From contig DATLQZ010000111.1 in NCBI GenBank assembly GCA_035534915.1, positions 16,258 through 80,257 of the forward strand: a DNA stretch of 64,000 nt. The letters are read 5' to 3'. Positions 18,438 through 26,933 of the stretch are shown in pieces (position 1 is the first letter of the stretch; each line of letters begins with the position of its first letter). Origin of the DNA: Candidatus Dormiibacterota bacterium. GTDB lineage: Bacteria; Chloroflexota; Dormibacteria; Aeolococcales; Bog-877. The notes beneath the pieces were generated by a model. The model searched no databases and was not told where the DNA came from. It saw only the letters and a program-made list of their open reading frames with translations. The position numbers and the translations under genes were made by a program.

Positions 18438-20288
18438 TCAGCCTGTCGCGGGAACCCTCTCTCCGGCGAACTGCTCGAAGTAGAGTTTCGCGTAGGCTCC
18501 CTCCTGGGCCAGGAGCTCGGTGTGGCTGCCGCGCTCGATGATCCGGCCGTGGTCCATCATGAGGATCTGGTCGGCCGCCAGGATGGTCGAGAGGCGGTGT
18601 GCAATTGCGATGGTGGTCCGGCCCGTCATCAGCAGCTCGAGGGCGCCTTGAACCTCTCGCTCGCTGTGCGTGTCCAGCGCACTCGTGGCCTCGTCCAGGA
18701 TCAGGACCTTGGGGTCCTTGAGGATCGCGCGGGCGAGGGCGACCCGTTGCTTCTCGCCGCCGCTCAAACGATAGCCCCGCTCCCCGCTCAGGGTGTCGTA
18801 TCCGTCCGGCAGCTCCATGATCCGGTCGTGGATTGACGCCGCCCGCGCGGCCGCCTGCAACTCCTCGTCGCTGGCATCCGCTTTGCCCACGAGAAGGTTC
18901 TCGCGGATGGTTCCGTGAAAGAGGAATGTCTCCTGAGTCACCACGGCGATGGAGTCGCGAATGGTCTCCTGAGTCAGGTCGCGAAGGTCACGGCCGTCGA
19001 GAGTCACCCGCCCCCGGTCGACGTCGTAAAGGCGGGCGGCCAGATAGGTGAGAGTGCTCTTTCCGGCGCCGCTGTGCCCTACCAGAGCGACCAGTTGGCC
19101 CGGGTCAGCCTTGAAGCTCACGTTGTCGACCGCAGGGCGCGGGGTGTCCGGCTCGTAGCGGAAGGCGACGTCCTGGAAGGCGACCTCCCCTCGGATCCTC
19201 TGAGCGGGGATGGCAAGCGCCCCCGGCCGGTCCTGGATCTCCACTTTCTCATCTAGGTACTGGAAGATGCGGTCAAACAGCGCCAGTGCTCCCTGGAGCT
19301 CGACCTGGACGTTGAGCAGCTGTCCAATGGGGAAGAACAGCTGCGATTGGAAGGTAGTGAAGGCAACCAGTGTCCCCACCGAAACTCCGCCGTTCCTGCC
19401 CGCGTGCAAGAACAGCGCCGCCACCAGGTAGACGGCGGCGGGCAGGATGGAGAAGAAGGTGGAGATGAAGCCGAAGAACCAGCGCCCCACCATCTGCTGT
19501 CGGATCATGAGATTGGTGAGCCGTCCGGTCTCGTCAACGTACCGCTTGTGAGTCACCTTCTCGCGCCCGAAGACTTTGCTGAGGAGCACCCCACTCACCG
19601 AGAGAGTCTCCTCAGCAATCGCCGAGAGGTCCGCCAGGGTGGCCTGGGTGTCCGCGCTGACCTTGCGACGCACCTCGCCAACCCTTGTGGTTACCACCAA
19701 GAAAACTGGCATCATAACGACTGAGATGAGGGTCAGCTGCCAACTTAGGACGGCCATTCCAGTCAGCGTGGCTGCGGTTCGGGTCAGGTTGGAGACGATG
19801 CTGGTGGCGGTGTTGGTGATCACCGAGTCCACCCCTCCGACGTCATTGGTAAGTCGCGACTGGATCTCACCGGTCCTGGTTCCGGTGAAAAAGCGCAGCG
19901 GCAGGCTCTGCAGGTGTGAGTAGAGGGCGACCCGGAGGTCCTGCATCATTCGCTGGCCCACCACCGCGTTGAGGTAGGTCTGCCAGACGCCGAGCCCGGT
20001 GCTGATGACCGGGGTTACCACCATGATCCCGACGAAGATTAGAAGCAGCCTGGTCTTGTGCTCGAGGATCCCCTGGTCGATGATCAACTTCAGCATCACC
20101 GGGTTGACGATTCCCAGGGCCGCGACCACGACCAGGATTGCGAGCACCCCAACCACCTTGCGCCGGTAGGGGCGGAAGAGCTTGACGACCCTGAGCAGGG
20201 TGCTGCGGCTGATGGGAGTCTTCACCGCCGGCTTCTGGTAGCCGCCCAGCAAGTGCCGGGAGCCGCCGCCGCCCATGTGTATTGCCAT
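18438..20288 (-). CDS. ABC transporter, fused permease/ATP-binding protein (MsbA/MdlB-like exporter)
   Basis: Six-helix TMD followed by Walker A GHSGAGKST, signature LSGGEKQRVALARA and Walker B ILILDEATS. I preferred ATG 20288 (MAIHMGGGG...) because the longer ORF runs into the ppdK start. Confidence 0.9.
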   Translation of the reverse strand: MAIHMGGGGSRHLLGGYQKPAVKTPISRSTLLRVVKLFRPYRRKVVGVLAILVVVAALGIVNPVMLKLIIDQGILEHKTRLLLIFVGIMVVTPVISTGLGVWQTYLNAVVGQRMMQDLRVALYSHLQSLPLRFFTGTRTGEIQSRLTNDVGGVDSVITNTATSIVSNLTRTAATLTGMAVLSWQLTLISVVMMPVFLVVTTRVGEVRRKVSADTQATLADLSAIAEETLSVSGVLLSKVFGREKVTHKRYVDETGRLTNLMIRQQMVGRWFFGFISTFFSILPAAVYLVAALFLHAGRNGGVSVGTLVAFTTFQSQLFFPIGQLLNVQVELQGALALFDRIFQYLDEKVEIQDRPGALAIPAQRIRGEVAFQDVAFRYEPDTPRPAVDNVSFKADPGQLVALVGHSGAGKSTLTYLAARLYDVDRGRVTLDGRDLRDLTQETIRDSIAVVTQETFLFHGTIRENLLVGKADASDEELQAAARAASIHDRIMELPDGYDTLSGERGYRLSGGEKQRVALARAILKDPKVLILDEATSALDTHSEREVQGALELLMTGRTTIAIAHRLSTILAADQILMMDHGRIIERGSHTELLAQEGAYAKLYFEQFAGERVPATG

Positions 20289-20455
20289 CTGCCCGATGCT
20301 TCCCTCAGTGGAGCAGGTCCAACCGTCTCCCTGTGGGCGCGGCGGTCCTGTCGAGTCCACCGGAACTCTGCCCGATCTTAATCGACGTATGCTCGCAGCT
20401 CCTAGCATGCTCGTAAACTCCGGAGTGCAGAATCCAGGGAAGGAGGCATCCACCG

Positions 20456-23158
20456 ATGGCAAAGACCGCGGTAAAGACTCGTCCCAACCCAGGCAAACGG
20501 ACGCCTCCAAAGTTCATCTACGACTTCCAGGAGGGAGCGGGGGAGATGCGTTCGCTGCTGGGAGGCAAGGGCGCAGGTGTAGCTGAGATGACCAGGGCGG
20601 GGCTCCCGGTCCCACCAGGTTTCACAATCACCACCGAAGCCTGCCTGGCGTATCTGGATGCCGGCCGTGAGTTTCCCGAAGGGCTGCTGGAGGCGGTCAA
20701 GCGGCACTTGGAAGCGCTCGAGGGGCAGAGCGGCAAGCGTCTCGGTGACTCGGAGAACCCACTCCTGGTCTCGGTGAGGTCAGGGGCCGCATTCTCCATG
20801 CCGGGGATGATGGACACCGTGCTCAACCTCGGTCTTAATCGAGCGACCCTGGAGGGCCTGGCTCGCAAGACCGGCGATCGGCGCTTCGCGATGGACTCTT
20901 ATCGGCGCTTCATTCAGATGTATGGGCGGATAGTGCTCGGGTTGGAGCCCGAGTTGTTCGAATCCGAGATGGAGCTGGGCAAGGCGGCAGCTGGTGTCGA
21001 GAGCGACGCCGACCTCGGCGCCGATGCGCTGGAGCAGCTAGCCGATAAGTTCCGCGAGATAGTGCAGGAGCAGACGGGACAGCAGTTCCCTGAAGACCCC
21101 TGGGACCAGCTGACCAAGGCGATCGCCGCGGTCTTCGACTCCTGGAATGGCAAACGCGCCATCGCCTACCGTGATTTCAACAATATCCCGCACACTCTGG
21201 GCACCGCGGTCAACGTCCAGGCGATGGTCTTCGGGAATATGGGGAACGAATCCGGCACCGGGGTGGCCTTCACCCGTGACCCGGCCACCGGCGACCGCCG
21301 CATCTTTGGAGAATACCTTCTCAACGCCCAAGGCGAGGATGTGGTGGCCGGAATCCGTACTCCCCTACCGATCGACACGCTCGAGAGGGCCCTTCCAGAG
21401 GTCTACCGGAGCTTCGCGGAGATCGCAGAGCGGCTGGAGCTGCACTACCGGGACGTCCAGGACATGGAGTTCACGATCGAGCAGGGACGCCTGTTCATGC
21501 TCCAGACCAGAACCGCCAAGAGAACGGCTGCGGCGGCGGTCAAGATCGCCGTGGACATGCTGTCGGAGAAGCTGATCACCAGGGACGAGGCGTTGCGGCG
21601 GGTAGAGCCCGAACAGGTGGACCATCTCCTGCATCGCGCCATTGACCCTGGAGCTCAGGTGAAGGTGCTGGCGACGGGGTTGGCCGCATCTCCCGGCGCG
21701 GCGACCGGAGAGGCGGTCTTTGACGCCGACCGAGCCGAGGCGATGGCCAAGGAAGGCAAGAAGGTGATCCTGGTTCGAGTGGAGACCAATCCTGACGACG
21801 TGCATGGCATGATCGCAGCCGAAGGCGTCCTGACCTCCCGAGGTGGGCGTACCTCCCATGCGGCGGTCGTGGCCCGGGGCATGGGCAAGCCCTGCGTAGC
21901 TGGCACCGAAGCCCTCCAAGTGGATCTCGCCAAGCGCCGTTTCGAGGCCGGGGGAGTGGTGGTCAAGGAGGGCGATGTCTTCACCATCGACGGCACCACC
22001 GGACGTGTTATCGAAGGCGCCGTCCCTACGGTGGAGGCCGGGGTTTCCGGCGATTTGGAGAAGCTTCTGCAGACAGCCGACCGGGTCCGCCGTCTAAAGG
22101 TCTATGCCAACGCGGACACGCCGGAGGATGCCCTGAGAGCGCGCCAATTCGGTGCCCAGGGAATCGGGCTGTGCCGTACTGAGCACATGTTCATGCAGCA
22201 GGAACGGCTGCCCCACGTGCAGCGGATGATCCTGGCGCAGGAGAAGGAGGAGCGGGAGGCCGCCCTTGCCGAGCTGCTGCCCTTCCAGCGCGAGGACTTC
22301 CTGGGCATCCTCGAGGCGATGCAGGGGCTGCCGGTGATCATCCGGCTTATTGACCCTCCCCTGCACGAGTTCCTCCCCAGCCACGACGAGCTGTTGGTGA
22401 CCGTCACCAAGCTGAGAGATGCCAAGAAGGCGGGTAAGAAGCTGGAGCGGGCGGAACGGATGCTCAAAGCCGTGGAGGAGCTCCGCGAGCAGAACCCCAT
22501 GCTGGGGCTCCGCGGTTGCCGGCTGGGCCTGCTTTTTCCCGAGATCATCGAGATGCAGGTTCGCGCGATCGCGGAGGCTGCGTCCGAGCTGCGCCGCCGA
22601 CGTGTCAGGGCACTTCCCGAGATCATGGTCCCATTGGTTGGGGCCGCCGAGGAGCTCCGTCGCTCCCGGCTGATGATCGAGCGGACGCTGAAGCAGGTCG
22701 CGAAGGAGCAGGGAATCCGCTTCGACGTGAAGGTTGGCACGATGATCGAGGTTCCCCGGGCGGCGCTCACCGCCGGCGAGGTGGCCGAGCACGCGCAATT
22801 CTTCTCGTTCGGAACCAATGACCTAACCCAGATGACGTATGGAGTTTCCCGGGACGACGCTGAGGGGAAGTTCCTCCGTCAGTACGTTAGTGAGGGCATC
22901 CTGCCGGCCAATCCCTTCGAGCATTTGGATCCCGCTGGCGTGGGCCGTCTCATGAGCTTCGCGGTGCAGGAGGGACGTGAGGCACGCCCTAACCTCGAGG
23001 TGGGCATTTGTGGCGAGCACGGGGGTGATGCGCAGTCGATCGCGATCTGCGAGAGGCTGGGACTCGACTACGTCTCTTGCTCTCCATTCAGGGTGCCAGG
23101 AGCGCGGCTGGCGGCGGCCCAAGCCCGGTTGGAGCTGGGGGAGAACAAGGACGTCTGA
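20456..23158 (+). CDS. ppdK: Pyruvate, phosphate dikinase
   Basis: LLGGKGAGVAEMTRAGLPVPPGFTITTEAC, phospho-His segment GGRTSHAAVVARGMGKPCV, C-terminal PEP/pyruvate domain GLCRTEHMF...FFSFGTNDLTQ. Confidence 0.95.
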   Translation: MAKTAVKTRPNPGKRTPPKFIYDFQEGAGEMRSLLGGKGAGVAEMTRAGLPVPPGFTITTEACLAYLDAGREFPEGLLEAVKRHLEALEGQSGKRLGDSENPLLVSVRSGAAFSMPGMMDTVLNLGLNRATLEGLARKTGDRRFAMDSYRRFIQMYGRIVLGLEPELFESEMELGKAAAGVESDADLGADALEQLADKFREIVQEQTGQQFPEDPWDQLTKAIAAVFDSWNGKRAIAYRDFNNIPHTLGTAVNVQAMVFGNMGNESGTGVAFTRDPATGDRRIFGEYLLNAQGEDVVAGIRTPLPIDTLERALPEVYRSFAEIAERLELHYRDVQDMEFTIEQGRLFMLQTRTAKRTAAAAVKIAVDMLSEKLITRDEALRRVEPEQVDHLLHRAIDPGAQVKVLATGLAASPGAATGEAVFDADRAEAMAKEGKKVILVRVETNPDDVHGMIAAEGVLTSRGGRTSHAAVVARGMGKPCVAGTEALQVDLAKRRFEAGGVVVKEGDVFTIDGTTGRVIEGAVPTVEAGVSGDLEKLLQTADRVRRLKVYANADTPEDALRARQFGAQGIGLCRTEHMFMQQERLPHVQRMILAQEKEEREAALAELLPFQREDFLGILEAMQGLPVIIRLIDPPLHEFLPSHDELLVTVTKLRDAKKAGKKLERAERMLKAVEELREQNPMLGLRGCRLGLLFPEIIEMQVRAIAEAASELRRRRVRALPEIMVPLVGAAEELRRSRLMIERTLKQVAKEQGIRFDVKVGTMIEVPRAALTAGEVAEHAQFFSFGTNDLTQMTYGVSRDDAEGKFLRQYVSEGILPANPFEHLDPAGVGRLMSFAVQEGREARPNLEVGICGEHGGDAQSIAICERLGLDYVSCSPFRVPGARLAAAQARLELGENKDV

Positions 23159-23306
23159 CAGTCAACACCGGGTCTGTGGTCCTCGGGGCAAAGACAGCCG
23201 CGGCCGTTAGTCTTGTTGAGCTAGGGTCCGAGCAGGCCCCGCTCGGGAGGTGGCGATCGTCGGTGTGGTTGCGGTTGGCGGTGCCTACGTTCTTGCCCGG
23301 CGATGA

Positions 23307-23741
23307 CTACCTGTCGGGGCGATCGCCGAGCACGTACAACCTGACGATGGACTGCGCCACCGGTCTGGCGGCGGGCCGGTTGGGTCCGCCTATCTCAGTG
23401 ATCACAACCTCCCAGACCTGGGTGCTGCGTCCGGCATGGATCGGCCGAGCAACCGCCTGGACCTCTCCCTTCTCAATGGCGCGCAGAAAGCTGGTGTGGT
23501 TCTCGAGTCCGACCACCGGGCTGCCACTGTTAATGCTGGCTCCGACGGAGGCAGCGGTCTCGGAGATGGCCGCCCAAACCCCGCCGTGAACCACTCCGTA
23601 GGGTTGCAGATGGTGCGGGCCGATTGCCAGCGTGAGCACCACCTCGTCGGCAGTGGCTGAGACGATCTGGGTTCCCAGTGCGCCATCCAGACCGGACTCC
23701 AACTTCCGCAGCGGCGGGCCGGAAGAGCTCGGAAGTCTCAA
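23307..23741 (-). CDS. PaaI-family hotdog-fold thioesterase
   Basis: HLQPYGVVHGGVWAAISETAAS...GRSTQVWEVVI. The start overlaps the ALDH stop by 4 nt. Confidence 0.8.
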   Translation of the reverse strand: MRLPSSSGPPLRKLESGLDGALGTQIVSATADEVVLTLAIGPHHLQPYGVVHGGVWAAISETAASVGASINSGSPVVGLENHTSFLRAIEKGEVQAVARPIHAGRSTQVWEVVITEIGGPNRPAARPVAQSIVRLYVLGDRPDR

Positions 23742-25192
23742 AGCTGCAGCGACTTGGGGACCAGGAACTCCTCAATCCCGTAGCGACCGAACTCGCGGCC
23801 GTGGCCGGACTGCTTCACCCCCCCGAATGGGGCCGAGGTGCTGAAGGCACCTCCATTGACCTCAACTGTTCCAGCGCGCAGGCGCCTAGCGAAAACCAGG
23901 GCACGTTCCCGGTCGGCGGACCAGACCGCCGCCGCCAGCCCATAAGCGGTGCCATTGGCGATCTCCACCGCCTCGTCCTCACTGTCATAGGCGATTATCG
24001 ACAGGACTGGGCCGAAGATCTCCTCTTGCGCGATGGTCATGTTGGGGGTCACGTGATCAAAAATCGTCGCCTTAACGTAGTATCCGCGCTCGAGCCCATC
24101 CGGCTGATCTGCGCCGCCCACCACCAGCCGCGCCCCCTCCGAAAGACCCTGGTGGATGTACCCGCGCACCCGTTCCTGCTGGGTCTGCGAAGCCAGTGGG
24201 CCTAGCCGGGTCGCCTCATCCAGCGGGTCACCAAGAGTCAATTTGCTGGCAGTGGCGACGGCTGCCTCAACCGCCTGCGCGGCCAGGCGCGCTGGGACCA
24301 GTAGCCGGGTGAGGGCGGTGCAGGTTTGACCAGAATTGAGAAAGGCGTTGTAGACGGCGAACTTGGCCGCCGTCGCCGCGTCGGCATCCTCCAGCACCAA
24401 GCTCGCTGACTTGCCGCCCAGCTCCATGGTCACCGGCTTGACGGACGCCGCTGCCAGTTCGGAGATGCGTCGGCCAGCCCTGGTCGAGCCGGTGAAGGAG
24501 ACCTTGTCAACCCTGGAATGCCGCACCAGCGCTTCTCCGGCCGTCACGCCTCTGCCCGTCAGAACATTGAACACCCCCGGGGGCAATCCCGTGTCTACCG
24601 TCAGCTCCGCGAGCATCAAGGCGGTCAGCGGTGCGACTTCGCTTGCCTTCAGCACCACTGTCGACCCGGCGCCGAGAGCGGCAGCCACCTTGGCAACCAC
24701 CTGCTGAAGGGGGTAATTCCAGGGCGTGATGGCCGCCACCACCCCGACGGGCTCTTTGACGACAAGACAGTTGCCGACCTGCTCCTCGAACTGGTAGCTC
24801 CGCAACGACTCCGCGATGTGGCCAGTGATGGTAATCGGATTTCCCACCTGAACCGCTCGTGATTGACGGATCGGAGTACCCACCTCTCGGGAGATCGTCT
24901 GGGCGAACTCTTCCGCGCGATCTTTGATCGCCTCCTGGAGCCGATCCAGATGCGCTGCCCGCTCAGCGGGAGGAGTGGCCGCCCACTGGGAGAGCGCCCT
25001 GGCCGCGGAGTCAACCGCCGCATCCACATCCTCTATGTCGGCATCGGGCACCTTCGCCAACAGAGCACCACTGGCGGCTTCCATGACTGGAATCGCTTCA
25101 TCCCCGTGCGCCGCGCGGAACTCCCCGTCCACGAAGATCCGCAGGCGGTTCTCATCAGGGGTGCGAATCCCGAGCTTCCCGGAGCTGGTCAA
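23738..25192 (-). CDS. NAD(P)-dependent aldehyde dehydrogenase
   Basis: TPWNYPL, ELGGKSA, catalytic FLNSGQTCTA, EEIFGPV. Confidence 0.9.
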   Translation of the reverse strand: MTSSGKLGIRTPDENRLRIFVDGEFRAAHGDEAIPVMEAASGALLAKVPDADIEDVDAAVDSAARALSQWAATPPAERAAHLDRLQEAIKDRAEEFAQTISREVGTPIRQSRAVQVGNPITITGHIAESLRSYQFEEQVGNCLVVKEPVGVVAAITPWNYPLQQVVAKVAAALGAGSTVVLKASEVAPLTALMLAELTVDTGLPPGVFNVLTGRGVTAGEALVRHSRVDKVSFTGSTRAGRRISELAAASVKPVTMELGGKSASLVLEDADAATAAKFAVYNAFLNSGQTCTALTRLLVPARLAAQAVEAAVATASKLTLGDPLDEATRLGPLASQTQQERVRGYIHQGLSEGARLVVGGADQPDGLERGYYVKATIFDHVTPNMTIAQEEIFGPVLSIIAYDSEDEAVEIANGTAYGLAAAVWSADRERALVFARRLRAGTVEVNGGAFSTSAPFGGVKQSGHGREFGRYGIEEFLVPKSLQL

Positions 25193-25761
25193 ACGGTCGC
25201 CTTCGCGGGTGCGGTTGCTTGAGCGCCGGTGGCTCTTCCCAGCGCCTTGACGAGAGCTTCAACTGAGGGGTGGTCACCGAGGCTCGAGTTGATGTGGGTG
25301 AGGAGGACCCGGCCGGGCGGCTCTACCACCAGCGCCGCCCCCAACTGCAAGGCGTCGCCTTGCAGACCCTCCTGCCTCACGTGAAGCTTCCGGGCGTTCC
25401 ACCAGCCGTCCAGGAGGCCCCTGCCGAGCAGTCTCAGCGGAGACCGGTGGGCTCCCAGAGCTCGGTAACTGGTTCGGTCCGGATCGGTCACCACGCTAGC
25501 TCCGGGAGTCTTCAGTTGCTGGAAACGCATCGCCTGCTCGGGGCTACCGTTGCCGATGAACAGGAGGCTGCCGCCGGCCGACTGAAGGCGGGGTAGGGCC
25601 GCCATTAATACGGCCGCCTGCTCCAAGCAATACATGCACCCGAAGTGCCGCAGCCAGACCGCCACAGTGGGCCCGTCGCTCCAAAGGCTGGACAGCTTCA
25701 CCCGCTCACCGCGGGGGTTCAGCACCTCGATCTCGCCCAAAGTCGTAACGGTACTTCTCAT
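25189..25761 (-). CDS. Peroxiredoxin-like (AhpC/TSA-family, thioredoxin-fold) protein
   Basis: PTVAVWLRHFGCMYC redox motif; thioredoxin-fold length; 4-nt overlap with the ALDH start. Confidence 0.65.
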   Translation of the reverse strand: MRSTVTTLGEIEVLNPRGERVKLSSLWSDGPTVAVWLRHFGCMYCLEQAAVLMAALPRLQSAGGSLLFIGNGSPEQAMRFQQLKTPGASVVTDPDRTSYRALGAHRSPLRLLGRGLLDGWWNARKLHVRQEGLQGDALQLGAALVVEPPGRVLLTHINSSLGDHPSVEALVKALGRATGAQATAPAKATV

Positions 25762-25937
25762 AGGCGCATCGTAGCAAGTGGCCCTCGACGAGACGGCTCA
25801 GAAGACACATAATGGCGGAAAAGAGGGGGAGGTGCCATGGTCCCTGCCGTAGCCGTACTGGGCGCTCCAGCAATGTCCGCAGTTGAATTGCCGGGAGCAC
25901 CCCTCCCACAGTTTGGCCGTCTCGCGGGACTCACGCC

Positions 25938-26678
25938 TTGACCGCACAGCGGCAGCCGGCCCCGTGGCTGCCACCGGGGGCGATCCGGGCGGTGGGACGG
26001 ATCTCTCACAAGGAGCGGAGCCGTCGGGCCGCGGCCAGGCAGCGCCGACTCCCCTGGGAGGCTCGACGCTCGCAGCTCCTCGAAGCCTGTCTGAACGCCT
26101 TCGTCGCCAGAGGCCTCGAGATGACCACAATGAACACTATCGCTGCCCAAGCCGGGGTGAGCAAGCCGTTGGTCTACCGACACTTTCATAATCGGTATGA
26201 GGCCCTGTTGGCGGTCGTCGAGCAGCAGAGCCAGGCGCTGCTGGACCTCCTGGGGCTGGACGGAGCAGGAGTGGCTACCAACGATTTTGAGTCTCTGATA
26301 GCCGGCTTTTTGCGCTTCGCCCGAGAATCGCCGAGCGGGTTCCGCCTGCTGTTCCAGCTGGTGGACGCCAGCTCAGGACCCGCCAAGCGACGATTGGAGG
26401 GATTGCGAGCGGAGCTTGGCGAAGCGCTCACCAAGGCGATGCTCGCGGGAGTCCCGAGTCCCGGTGAAATCGGTTGGGCGGTAGCCGGCTCGGGACTGGG
26501 GCAGCTCATGGTTTCGATCTTGGTGGGAGTCGCCGGTGGTCTTTCGCGTGGCGAGGACCCCGCTCTGGTGGCTCGGACTCTGCATCGGCTGTTGCAACCG
26601 GACTGGGTGATTGCCGCCCTCCAGCCCCCGGTGGAAGAGCGGGCGGTGCCGCTGGGACTCCCCTTCGACCGGGCCTGA
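25938..26678 (+). CDS. TetR-family transcriptional regulator (start uncertain; GTG 25992 is an alternative)
   Basis: HTH: RRSQLLEACLNAFVARGLEMTTMNTIAAQAGVSKPLVYRHFHNRYEAL. Divergent from the prx-aldh-thioesterase operon. Confidence 0.75.
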   Translation: MTAQRQPAPWLPPGAIRAVGRISHKERSRRAAARQRRLPWEARRSQLLEACLNAFVARGLEMTTMNTIAAQAGVSKPLVYRHFHNRYEALLAVVEQQSQALLDLLGLDGAGVATNDFESLIAGFLRFARESPSGFRLLFQLVDASSGPAKRRLEGLRAELGEALTKAMLAGVPSPGEIGWAVAGSGLGQLMVSILVGVAGGLSRGEDPALVARTLHRLLQPDWVIAALQPPVEERAVPLGLPFDRA

Positions 26679-26933
26679 CAGTTGATCCCCTTCTCCGACC
26701 CACCCCGATACGATGGGGAGAGTCCGCTCCCATCACTGCGAACTTTCCGGTTCCTGCGTTGATGGGCAGATCAATCGGTTCAACTGGAGACCGCTCTGCC
26801 GAACATTGATCTTGTCGCACCGGAGCTAGTTGGGCCCACACGTCTGACGGGCGGCCCGAGCTCCGGGAAGAGCTGGCTGCTAGCCCGTTGTGCGGCCGAC
26901 TGGATCGCTTCGGGGGGCAGCCCTCGCCGCCTT

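Noticed and set aside
26740-26753. GAAC-N6-GTTC dyad about 30 bp upstream of the AddB-like gene.
   Set aside because: The half-sites match LexA, but the spacing is N6 rather than N4 and the flanking C/G of the CGAAC consensus is imperfect. This is not enough to call an SOS box.
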